A program made the translations under genes and the position numbers. Below are positions 27,283 through 36,044 of a stretch of 64,000 nucleotides of DNA, piece after piece; positions within the stretch are counted from its first letter, which is position 1; every line of letters starts with the position of its first letter. This stretch comes from a virus, in the IMG/VR virus record IMGVR_UViG_3300037087_000046, positions 18,835 to 82,834 of that record. The stretch is one strand, 5' to 3'. The notes under the pieces were generated by a model. The model saw only the letters and a list, made by a program, of their open reading frames with translations. It had not been told where the DNA came from and searched no databases.

Positions 27283-30200
27283 GAAACGAGATGGGTCAGT
27301 AGTTCCGTTTAAGCAAGAGAAAATTACGTTGGCTATTTTTAAGGCAGCACAAGCATGTGGGGGGAATGACTTCAAACGCGCAGAGGAACTCTGTGCGGAG
27401 GTTGTTAAGAGAATCAACAACTACGTTGTTGAGGACGTTCAGAACCTAATTGAGAAAGTCCTGATGGAGCGGGGGCACACTCAGACCGCACGCGCCTTTA
27501 TTTTGTATCGTGAGAAACATAAACAAGCCCGTGAGAAGAATGCCCTGATTGGGGCTACCATCGGGATGTTTAATGACTATTTGGATGACCAGGATTGGCG
27601 CATTCAGGAGAATGCTAATAGCCAAAAAAGTGTGAATGGGTTAAACAACTACGTAAGGGAAGCGTTTACTAAGAATTACTGGCTTCACGAAATCTACCCA
27701 AATGAAATTCGACAAGCGCATGAGCAAGGGGACTTCCATATCCATGACTTGGGGTTACTGGCTGGGTATTGTAGTGGGTGGGACCTACAACAATTACTTC
27801 GGGATGGATTTGGAGTAGAGGGTAAAGAACGAAGCAACCCGGCAAAGCACCTACGGTCATTCCTTGGGCAGATTCTTAACTCAACCCTAATTACTCAGGG
27901 AGAATGTTCAGGGGCACAGGCATGGACATCCTTTGATACCTTCTGCGCCCCGTTCATTCGCTATGATAACCTAACTTACAAGCAAGTAAAGCAGTCATTG
28001 CAGGAGTTTGTTTTCAGCCTCAACCTACCCTCACGAGTTGGTTTTCAGGCAGCCTTTAGTAATGTAACGGTTGATATTACTTGCCCAAAAAGTTTGTGTA
28101 ATACAGCAGTTATCATAGGTGGGGAAATGCAGCAAGAAACTTATGGAATGTTCCAAGAAGAAATGGATATATTCAATAAGGCTTTCTGTGAGGTTATGCT
28201 GGAGGGAGATGCAAAGGGGGCTGCCCATTCCTATCCAATCCCTACATTGAACATTACTAAGACGTTCCCGTGGGAGTCAGAGGCAGTTGAAGCCTACATG
28301 AAACTTGCGTGTAAGTATGGATCGCCATACCTATCCAATTATATAAACTCTGATAATGACCCTGACGACGCTGTGAGTATGTGTCCGCTTGCACCTAATA
28401 CTAAGGTGTTAATAAAAAATTCAAAAGATAAAATTACATCTATTGAGATAGAAAGGGCCTATAACAGAATAGGTAAGTTATATAAAACATTCCATAAGGG
28501 GGGTTGGTATGATACCTCCTTTGTAAGAGTCCCAATATCTGAGTATGTAAGAATAACCCTGATAAATGGGCAAATAATTGAAATGGATGTGAACCATTTA
28601 CAACCATCATGGAATGGGAACCCAGACTTTATTACAAATACCGTTAAAGCAGAGGAATTAAAAGAGGGGATGTGGTTACCGTTTAATGTCGATAAAATGG
28701 GAGACGAGAAAGATTCCGATTATTTGGCGGGATACGCGGTTGGGTGTTACATGGGAGATGGGTTTATTACAAATGGGGGTGTTGTATATTGTTTATCATA
28801 CACTGACAAAAAAATAAAAGCACACGATTTGTTAAAAAAGTTTTGGGAGCAATTAGGATGTACATGTTATTATCATAAAAATGGGGATAATGCTAGAAAC
28901 TTGTGCATTGAAATCTGTAACCAAGCCCCAAAACAATTTATAGAGAATTTTGTTGGTGGTAGCACTTCATTAACAAAGTATCTAAAAAATACTGTTTGGA
29001 GTAAATCAAATACTTTCCATAGTGGCATTTTAGACGGGTGGTTTGCTACCGATGGTGGCTCAAAAAATAGGTTGGAAACCTCTTCTAAATTAGCAACTGA
29101 GAGTTTTAGCACACTTTGCACTCTACTGGGGAGTACCCATAGTATTAGTGAGGGGGCTATTCCTAAGAATTATGGTTCTGTCAATAAATGTTATACATGC
29201 CGTAAAACAGACAAAGAAAAATATCCGGGGTTATACCACAAGTGGGGGGACTATAAATGGATACCAATCAAATCAATTGACTTAAAAAGGGGGAATAGAA
29301 ACTTCTACTGTGCCGTGGTTGATAGTCCCGACCATTTATTCACACTATCCAGTGGACTTATCACACATAACTGTAGGTTGAGACTTTCAACCAAGGAACT
29401 AAAAAAGCGTGGCGGTGGGCTGTTTGGTAGTAACCCCTTGACTGGAAGTATTGGGGTAGTAACCTTGAATCTACCACGGGCAGCAAAGGGAAGAACTCCA
29501 GATGAGTTCCTTGAACAACTAAAGAAACTAAGTAATCTTGCAAAGGACTCTTTGGAAATTAAGCGTAAGATTATTGAAGAACAATCACGTAACGGGCTGT
29601 ACCCCTACTCTGCAAAATATCTGAAGGGTGTATTTGATCGCACAGGGGAGTATTGGTCTAACCACTTCAATACCATTGGGTTAGTAGGGATGAATGAAGC
29701 GTGCATTCATTTGTTTGGGGATGGTATTGCGCACCACAAGGAGTTTGCAGAGCAAACCCTTGAATATCTACGAGACTTGCTCCTTCAGTACCAAGAGGAA
29801 ACCGGGCACCAATACAACCTGGAAGCAACACCCGCTGAAGGAACTTGCTACTCACTGGCAAAGAAAGATGGTGGACAATTTGTTTACTACACAAATTCCA
29901 CCAACCTGCCTGTGGATTATACAGATAACATCTTCACTGCCCTTGACCACCAAGATAAGTTGCAATCCCTTTATACTGGAGGAACTGTACAGCACCTCTA
30001 TCTTGGGGAACGTATAGAAGACCCAAAGGCTTGCGCTGAATTGATTAAGGTGATTTTTACTAAATACAAATTACCCTACATCTCCATCACGCCAACCTTT
30101 AGCGTTTGTGAGGAGCATGGCTACTTAGTAGGTAACGTGGAACAATGCCCTAAGTGTGGTGCTGAAACAGAAGTCTGGTCAAGAGTTACAGGCTATCTAC

Positions 30201-30289
30201 GGCCAGTGAAAAACTATAACACCGGAAAGAAACAAGAGTTTAAAGAAAGGTTGACTTATAATGTGAAAGGAGGTGATACCAATGGCTAA
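27272..30289 (+). CDS. nrdD: Anaerobic (class III) ribonucleoside-triphosphate reductase with intein
   Basis: N-terminal ATP cone; HIHDL, YCSGW, SMC/CRL, EATPAE, YYTNST, Zn site CEEH..CPKC, glycyl-radical SRVTGY. Confidence 0.95.
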   Translation: MEIKKRDGSVVPFKQEKITLAIFKAAQACGGNDFKRAEELCAEVVKRINNYVVEDVQNLIEKVLMERGHTQTARAFILYREKHKQAREKNALIGATIGMFNDYLDDQDWRIQENANSQKSVNGLNNYVREAFTKNYWLHEIYPNEIRQAHEQGDFHIHDLGLLAGYCSGWDLQQLLRDGFGVEGKERSNPAKHLRSFLGQILNSTLITQGECSGAQAWTSFDTFCAPFIRYDNLTYKQVKQSLQEFVFSLNLPSRVGFQAAFSNVTVDITCPKSLCNTAVIIGGEMQQETYGMFQEEMDIFNKAFCEVMLEGDAKGAAHSYPIPTLNITKTFPWESEAVEAYMKLACKYGSPYLSNYINSDNDPDDAVSMCPLAPNTKVLIKNSKDKITSIEIERAYNRIGKLYKTFHKGGWYDTSFVRVPISEYVRITLINGQIIEMDVNHLQPSWNGNPDFITNTVKAEELKEGMWLPFNVDKMGDEKDSDYLAGYAVGCYMGDGFITNGGVVYCLSYTDKKIKAHDLLKKFWEQLGCTCYYHKNGDNARNLCIEICNQAPKQFIENFVGGSTSLTKYLKNTVWSKSNTFHSGILDGWFATDGGSKNRLETSSKLATESFSTLCTLLGSTHSISEGAIPKNYGSVNKCYTCRKTDKEKYPGLYHKWGDYKWIPIKSIDLKRGNRNFYCAVVDSPDHLFTLSSGLITHNCRLRLSTKELKKRGGGLFGSNPLTGSIGVVTLNLPRAAKGRTPDEFLEQLKKLSNLAKDSLEIKRKIIEEQSRNGLYPYSAKYLKGVFDRTGEYWSNHFNTIGLVGMNEACIHLFGDGIAHHKEFAEQTLEYLRDLLLQYQEETGHQYNLEATPAEGTCYSLAKKDGGQFVYYTNSTNLPVDYTDNIFTALDHQDKLQSLYTGGTVQHLYLGERIEDPKACAELIKVIFTKYKLPYISITPTFSVCEEHGYLVGNVEQCPKCGAETEVWSRVTGYLRPVKNYNTGKKQEFKERLTYNVKGGDTNG
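28385..29371 (+). mobile_element. Intein with LAGLIDADG homing endonuclease (Pro1, class-3-like)
   Basis: Interrupts SMC|CRL; begins PLAPNTKV, ends FYCAVV...GLITHN; GCYMGDG and GWFATDG blocks; AT-rich. Confidence 0.9.
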
Positions 30290-30328
30290 GAAGAAGACTA
30301 AGGGCACTGGCGGAGGTTGTAAGTAAAG

Positions 30329-30364
30329 AAAAGCGCATAGGACACATGTCCTATGCGCTTTTTT
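30329..30364 (+). terminator. Intrinsic terminator
   Basis: AAAAGCGCATAGGACA-CA-TGTCCTATGCGCTTTTTT. Confidence 0.8.
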
Positions 30365-30365
30365 A

Positions 30366-30400
30366 TTGACAGTAAAGAGTCTAACGTGTTAGACTCTTTA
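30366..30400 (+). promoter_or_regulatory. sigma70-type hairpin promoter
   Basis: TTGACA-18-TAGACT; TAAAGAGTCTAAC-GT-GTTAGACTCTTTA (13-bp arms). Confidence 0.85.
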
Positions 30401-30421
30401 TGTCTGAAAGGAGACACACAT

Positions 30422-31174
30422 ATGATTGGTTATAAGGCATTCAACAAAGATTTGACTTGTAGAGGCTTTCAGTTTTATATTGATGGGCGTTGGCATAAAT
30501 TGGAAAATGACAACCCACTTGTATTGTGTGAGAATGGGTTCCACTTTTGCGAACAGCCCTCTGGAGTTTGGGCGTATTACAGTGAATCTGACACTCGTGT
30601 TTTTAAGGTGGATACAGACATTGTGTTGGAAATGCCAAGTGAAGCGGGGGCAGATTTTAAACGTGTGTGTCGTAAAATAAAATTGCTTGAGGAACTAACT
30701 CCAGGTGGCAACTGTAACACGGGCGACCGAAACACGGGCGACCAAAACACGGGCGACCAAAACACGGGCGACCAAAACACGGGCGACCAAAACACTGGCG
30801 ACCGAAACACGGGAAACTCTAACACGGGAAACTATAACACGGGAAACTATAACACGGGCCACGGAAACACTGGCGACCAAAACACTGGCCACCGAAACAC
30901 TGGCGACCAAAACACGGGACACGGAAACACTGGATACGGAAATGCAACTGACAAACACACTGGTAATTTCTGTGTAAAGCCCCCCAAGCCCATTTGGTTT
31001 GATAGGGTATTCTTTGGGGAGGAACCCCCAGCATACAAATACACTGAATTACTTAGTCTTCTGGGTCAAAATACCCCGTTTGATTATGCCGAATGGGCTT
31101 GGCTACCTAATGCCACAACAAAAAAAGTAAAGGCACTGCATGAAGCACATATCGCACGGAGGGGTGCTAAATGA
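30422..31174 (+). CDS. Pentapeptide (NTGxx) repeat protein
   Basis: GYKAFNKDLTCRGFQF...LCENGFHFC N-domain; NTGDQ repeats encoded by a 15-bp tandem repeat at about 30716-30966. Confidence 0.85.
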   Translation: MIGYKAFNKDLTCRGFQFYIDGRWHKLENDNPLVLCENGFHFCEQPSGVWAYYSESDTRVFKVDTDIVLEMPSEAGADFKRVCRKIKLLEELTPGGNCNTGDRNTGDQNTGDQNTGDQNTGDQNTGDRNTGNSNTGNYNTGNYNTGHGNTGDQNTGHRNTGDQNTGHGNTGYGNATDKHTGNFCVKPPKPIWFDRVFFGEEPPAYKYTELLSLLGQNTPFDYAEWAWLPNATTKKVKALHEAHIARRGAK

Positions 31175-31692
31175 ACACTTGGCTAAAAGTAATTAGACAC
31201 TGTTGTGGAGATGAAACAGAATTTATGGTGGACTGGATTAGGGGGCTAATCCTTAACCCGGAAGAAAATCGTCCCTACCTGTATTTCTGGGGGCCTGAAG
31301 AATGTGGTAAGTCTACTATCCACTATGCAATTGGATTATTGCTGGGTATAGGACAGTATAGGAGTGTAAGTAGTATGCTAAAGAGTCCTCACCAGATAAA
31401 CACATTTAGGTATTTGTTCAATACAACACTGTGTGTCGTGGAAGAGGGACATGGTGATATTGCACAACTTACTCATTATGTCCAAGACAGCCACATCAGG
31501 CTGCACTTGGCGGGTTCAAAACCAATCAACGTGCTAAACCGCACAAACTGGATTGAGTGTAGTGAGATTCATAACCCCCCACCGTTTGCAAAAGTGTTTA
31601 CGGTAGAACCACTGGTTGAAATTATCCCACATAAAGAAATGATGCAGATGTTGGAAGAAGAGAAAGATGCTTTTCTGGAATTTATTATTTGA
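31171..31692 (+). CDS. Stand-alone SF3 helicase-domain paralog of the primase C-terminus
   Basis: PYLYFWGPEECGKS / LCVVEE / NRTNWIEC align with primase PYLFFYGNENTGKS / LCVVEE / NTTHWIQC. Confidence 0.75.
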   Translation: MNTWLKVIRHCCGDETEFMVDWIRGLILNPEENRPYLYFWGPEECGKSTIHYAIGLLLGIGQYRSVSSMLKSPHQINTFRYLFNTTLCVVEEGHGDIAQLTHYVQDSHIRLHLAGSKPINVLNRTNWIECSEIHNPPPFAKVFTVEPLVEIIPHKEMMQMLEEEKDAFLEFII

Positions 31693-31719
31693 CAGTAGTC
31701 AGTGTAGCATGCTACACTG
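31689..31719 (+). promoter_or_regulatory. sigma70-type hairpin promoter
   Basis: TTGACA-18-TACACT; perfect palindrome CAGTGTAGCATGCTACACTG. Confidence 0.8.
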
Positions 31720-31752
31720 TTTCTCGTAGGTCAACTCAAAGGAGACAAAACA

Positions 31753-32046
31753 ATGTACACAGTATACGTAAACGGAGTTGAAGTTGGCAAAGTAGAAAAT
31801 ATCAATATCGAAGGGGACATTGTTATTGCGGGTAATTACATGCAGTATCATTTCGCAGGAGACCCTAAATGGTATGGCAGCCTTGAAGAAGCCTGCCAAC
31901 ACCCTGTAGTTGGCTCAGTATTGGAATCCCGCGATATGTCAGACTATTGTGAATGCTGCCATGAGGTTACTGATTGGGTATGGTGTAAAGGTCCAAAAGG
32001 AATGCAGCGCATGTGTGACTCTTGTAGGTCTGATTGGGATGATTAG
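31753..32046 (+). CDS. Hypothetical Zn-finger protein
   Basis: AAGGAG RBS; CxxC pairs. Confidence 0.6.
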   Translation: MYTVYVNGVEVGKVENINIEGDIVIAGNYMQYHFAGDPKWYGSLEEACQHPVVGSVLESRDMSDYCECCHEVTDWVWCKGPKGMQRMCDSCRSDWDD

Positions 32047-32257
32047 ACCAACCAACATGCGCTACTCAGTGTTAGCCATGTTGGCTCTGCCACCAATACT
32101 CATAGATTCCTACGTCATGGTGGTAGCCTTCATGCAGAAATGAACCTACTTCGTAAGTATAAGTGCATTCGTCGTGTGGAGGTGTACAGGGTTAAGAAGG
32201 ATGGTACTTTGGTTCCCATGCTGTAGGAAAGTGTTTGACAAGAAAGGAATACGAGCC

Positions 32258-32641
32258 GTGCTAACAATCTATTTTTGTGGACAAAATGTAAAGGTTCCAC
32301 GCGAGTTTGATTATCCTATCCCATGTGCCCACCCGAAAGACCAAGTGGCTTTTGCCCGTTCTATTGCTAAACGGGTTAATGCAGGTGAAGACATCCACCT
32401 TGCTACCAATAGCGACCATATGGTAAAGGAGTTCAATATCCTTATTGGTCTATGGGGAAAACCAGAATTAGCAGATGAATGGGGTTATAGCCCTGATGAA
32501 GTATTACACCACTCTGATGTAATATGCTATGATGGGGAACCCTGTGATATTAACCAGCCGGAAGGTATTGAACTTAAAAGCGTTGATGAGGTTATTGATA
32601 GACAAAACAATATCTGTGATGCAATTTTCTGGAGAGACTAA
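32258..32641 (+). CDS. C-terminal fragment of an ABC-type (AAA_15/AAA_21-like) ATPase
   Basis: AHPKDQ...VNAG..I..ATNSDHMVKEFN resembles D-loop LHPxxQ and H-loop TTHSD; no Walker A. Confidence 0.55.
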   Translation: MLTIYFCGQNVKVPREFDYPIPCAHPKDQVAFARSIAKRVNAGEDIHLATNSDHMVKEFNILIGLWGKPELADEWGYSPDEVLHHSDVICYDGEPCDINQPEGIELKSVDEVIDRQNNICDAIFWRD

Positions 32642-32703
32642 AGAAGCATTGCAGTATTATTTGCAAGCCAAAACTAACATACGGATGGGAACTGAATGAA
32701 ACT

Positions 32704-33486
32704 ATGAAATTTAATTACTTAAAACTTGATGGGAAGATTTATTTTAAGCCAGAGGGGCAGTATTCTGAAGTACCCTCATTCCTGTTGTTTGATGGGGTAG
32801 TACCGGGAAACACATACTTGTCTTATTGGAAAGTGGTGAATGCTATCCCCCAGCGCGTATGTAAGAAACCCTACACCAAAAGCAAATATATGCTTAAAGA
32901 AGGTATGCCCGAAGGTATGGATAAGGAATTGCGTGGTCTGCCAGATGATTCCCTACAACCTTGTTATGATAAGGTGTCATGGGAAGTACCTGAAGAAGAT
33001 ATTGAGGTTGAATGGGTTTGCCTGGGTGAATACAATCTCACGCCCTGTCAGCCCTTAAAGAACTTGCAAACGCCCACCCCCGTTAAACTTACCGTTCCAG
33101 AAATTGCCCACCAAGCATTCCCCTGTAGTCTGGACAGTCAGGATAGTTTCAACGTCATCCGTGAATATGTCAAACAGAACATTGACCTTAAATGGGCTTC
33201 AATCACCTCAGACTATGATTTCTGCCTGACAGTGAAAAAAGTTATACCCTATTATGAGCCTACCAAGAAACTGGTTAATAACCGTGCCACTACCATTTTT
33301 GAGTGTGCTCCCAAAACACATAAGGGGGTACATGAGGGTTATACCCAGTGCCCATCATTTAGTGGAAATACCCACCAAGAGTTGCTGGATAACATTGATA
33401 ACTACCTACAAGGGTTAATCAAAATAATTAACGAGCCACTGGTTGATTGCCCACACTGCAAAGGAACTGGCGTATGCAACGTATAA
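32704..33486 (+). CDS. Conserved phage protein with C-terminal CxxCxGxG
   Basis: ITSDYDFC...CPHCKGTG. Confidence 0.7.
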   Translation: MKFNYLKLDGKIYFKPEGQYSEVPSFLLFDGVVPGNTYLSYWKVVNAIPQRVCKKPYTKSKYMLKEGMPEGMDKELRGLPDDSLQPCYDKVSWEVPEEDIEVEWVCLGEYNLTPCQPLKNLQTPTPVKLTVPEIAHQAFPCSLDSQDSFNVIREYVKQNIDLKWASITSDYDFCLTVKKVIPYYEPTKKLVNNRATTIFECAPKTHKGVHEGYTQCPSFSGNTHQELLDNIDNYLQGLIKIINEPLVDCPHCKGTGVCNV

Positions 33487-34268
33487 CTGTCCCTACGGGG
33501 GACATTTTAATCAAAGATGGTATGGAATTTTTATCGTTGGGTGACTATGGGGCAGTTCTGCATGGGGACTTACTCCCACTTGAAACTAAGTGGGTTATTA
33601 CAATATCAACACAATATGGCTGCTCCATGATGTGTAAATTTTGTGATGTCCCCAAGGTAGGTCCAGGAAAAAATATACCCATTCAACACCTTATGGAACA
33701 GGTTATTATTGCAAGGAGCCTCCACCCTGAAGTAACATCCTGTGACAGATTAAATGTCCATTTTGCCCGTATGGGTGAACCCAGTTGGAACCCAGATGTA
33801 ATTAAATGTGCCAAGACATTGAAGTTTTTATACCCCGGTTTTATCGTACACCCTGTGGTAAGCACCATGCTCCCTAAAGACAATAAGAACCTTCATGGGT
33901 TCTTATCTGATTGGATACACATTAAAAACGATGTCTATGATGGTAATGCCGGACTCCAATTCTCTATCAATTCCACAGATGAAGTAGAGCGTGCAGAAAT
34001 GTTTAGTGGGAACTGTATGTCATTGGAACAAATTAGTTGTATGATGGATACCCTCCCCCACCCAAAGGGTAGGAAAATTACACTGAACTTTGCCTTGGCA
34101 AACTATACAATTGACCCCATAACTCTGCTTAATTTCTTTGACCCGGATGACTATATAATTAAGTTGACACCCATGCATGGGTTGGAAACACCACAGGGGT
34201 ATGAGAAAATTGCAGATGATTGTAGGAATGCCGGGTATGATGTCGAGGACTTAGGTAGGATTACTTGA
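33474..34268 (+). CDS. RlmN/Cfr-like radical SAM protein (possibly truncated)
   Basis: ISTQYGCSMMCKFC, RMGEP, LQFSINS..E..R. Confidence 0.8.
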   Translation: MQRITVPTGDILIKDGMEFLSLGDYGAVLHGDLLPLETKWVITISTQYGCSMMCKFCDVPKVGPGKNIPIQHLMEQVIIARSLHPEVTSCDRLNVHFARMGEPSWNPDVIKCAKTLKFLYPGFIVHPVVSTMLPKDNKNLHGFLSDWIHIKNDVYDGNAGLQFSINSTDEVERAEMFSGNCMSLEQISCMMDTLPHPKGRKITLNFALANYTIDPITLLNFFDPDDYIIKLTPMHGLETPQGYEKIADDCRNAGYDVEDLGRIT

Positions 34269-34281
34269 CGGAGTATACTGT

Positions 34282-34803
34282 ATGCAATTCATAGGAATAC
34301 AACCATGCTCCCTTGTTGATTGGCCTGGGCACCCTTGTGTAACCGTTTTTACACAAGGGTGTAACATGCGCTGCTACTATTGTCATAACAATTTTGGCAA
34401 CAGTGGTACACTGTTGGACTACATGCAAGATATTATTTCTTCTCCATTGCACTATGTAATTATTTCTGGTGGAGAACCTACCATACATAATGACTTGCCC
34501 GAATTGGTACATGATTTACGGTACTACCGTAAGAAGGTAGGTGTACACACCAATGGAACAAATTTACAGTCCTTAAAGGACTGTCAGTTTGACTATATCG
34601 CTATGGATATTAAGGCACCGTTGGACAAGTACGAACTGGTTACCAGTTCGTTATTTGCCCCCTCGTCAAAGGTAATCAAATATGTTCGGGAGCATCCCGA
34701 ACATACCTTCCGCTGCACCCTAAATAAACACTTGACAAAGGACGATGAACAACGTATCATTGATCTTGTTGGTGAGGATGTTAAATTCCAAAAGGAGAAT
34801 TGA
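34282..34803 (+). CDS. nrdG: Anaerobic RNR activase
   Basis: SLVDWPG...GCNMRCYYCHN, SGGEPT, TNG, MDIK. Confidence 0.88.
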   Translation: MQFIGIQPCSLVDWPGHPCVTVFTQGCNMRCYYCHNNFGNSGTLLDYMQDIISSPLHYVIISGGEPTIHNDLPELVHDLRYYRKKVGVHTNGTNLQSLKDCQFDYIAMDIKAPLDKYELVTSSLFAPSSKVIKYVREHPEHTFRCTLNKHLTKDDEQRIIDLVGEDVKFQKEN

Positions 34804-34804
34804 G

Positions 34805-35047
34805 ATGGGGGCAATTAAATTTGGCTGCGTGTCCAGTGAGACACATTTAGGTGGTAGTTGGTGTTCCGATAAATGTGATTTATATAATGATATTTGGGGT
34901 GTGTGTACTGAAGATTGGGACTTACAACGTGGATATAATTGCCCTATTTTTGGGTACCCAGCAGGGGTGTATACGTTTGATTTAGCCATTAAACGATGTT
35001 GCGTGTGTGGATTTATCGAATGCAGCGCCGAGGAAGCCCTGAAATGA
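34805..35047 (+). CDS. Small Cys-rich protein (Cys4 family-like)
   Basis: WCSDKCDLY...C...NCP; AAGGAG RBS. Confidence 0.5.
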   Translation: MGAIKFGCVSSETHLGGSWCSDKCDLYNDIWGVCTEDWDLQRGYNCPIFGYPAGVYTFDLAIKRCCVCGFIECSAEEALK

Positions 35048-35343
35048 AACCTTGCCCATTTTGTAGTGGAGAAGGACATATTTGGCGGGACGCTTTTATT
35101 GTCTGTTATGATTGTGGTGCTCTCACTAAGAGGGGGCATTCCTCCCTAAAATCCGCCGTTAATGGTTGGGATAGTGGTAGGGTGATGCACATCCAGGATG
35201 CCCTACTGCCCAAGTATACCAAATGGGGTGAAGAAAAGCGTCCCAGGGGCTGGGAGATGATTGAAAATCTCAAGAAAAGAATTGTTGGTGGGGCTAATTT
35301 GTCCCCTTATGAGTCACTTGTTAAGTGGTTAGTTTATGTATGA
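35044..35343 (+). CDS. Lar-like (restriction alleviation) zinc-finger protein
   Basis: MKPCPFCSG...VCYDCGA...A...W. Confidence 0.65.
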   Translation: MKPCPFCSGEGHIWRDAFIVCYDCGALTKRGHSSLKSAVNGWDSGRVMHIQDALLPKYTKWGEEKRPRGWEMIENLKKRIVGGANLSPYESLVKWLVYV

Positions 35344-35658
35344 GCAATCTGGAATGAATTTTTGGGTAGCAACAAAGTTAGTTAGGGTGGGATAGTGAAC
35401 CTTTATGACTTTCTCAAAAAACGGCGTCAGGATTTTGATCAGTTTTAGTAGGTGAGTCAGTGATTCCACCAAAAGTAAAAAAGAATTTAACCAAATAAGT
35501 GGGCTTGTTAGTATTACTTACCCAAATGGTTTTGTCTTGTTACCGGAAAACTAACAACCTACCCGTTAAAATAACTTGCATTTTGGTCCCCAGAACGTAT
35601 CCTTATATATGGGCACAAAAATACCCTAATTTTGGTCAAAATGAGGGTATGCCAAAAT

Positions 35659-35680
35659 AAAGCCTCTCAGGAGGCTTTTT
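35659..35680 (+). terminator. Terminator at the convergent junction
   Basis: AAAGCCTC-TCAG-GAGGCTTTTT. Confidence 0.6.
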
Positions 35681-36044
35681 ATGTCTTGTCCGCCCAACCG
35701 GAGGGATGCCCCTCCTAAAGTGCCACCACGGGGCTGGAATAGGGCTTCCTGCCCTATTAGAATTGTTTAGTCTGTCTGTAGAATGACACTTGCCCAAAAT
35801 AGGGCAAAAATGCCCTTCCTGACTCGTTTCTGATTTTTTCACTGAATTACCCCGAAAATCCATTCATACAAACACGTTTACCAACATTAAATTTATCCAT
35901 TGCGAATTTTCAAAAAAACGTTCTTAAAGTCCTTTTCACACATTTTTCACTCTTTAATGTTTTATTTTATCAGTAACCTTTAGGTAAGATTTAACTTAAC
36001 TGGTTACCCACTTCTTGTACATACGGTGTGCCTCCTCTTTCATG

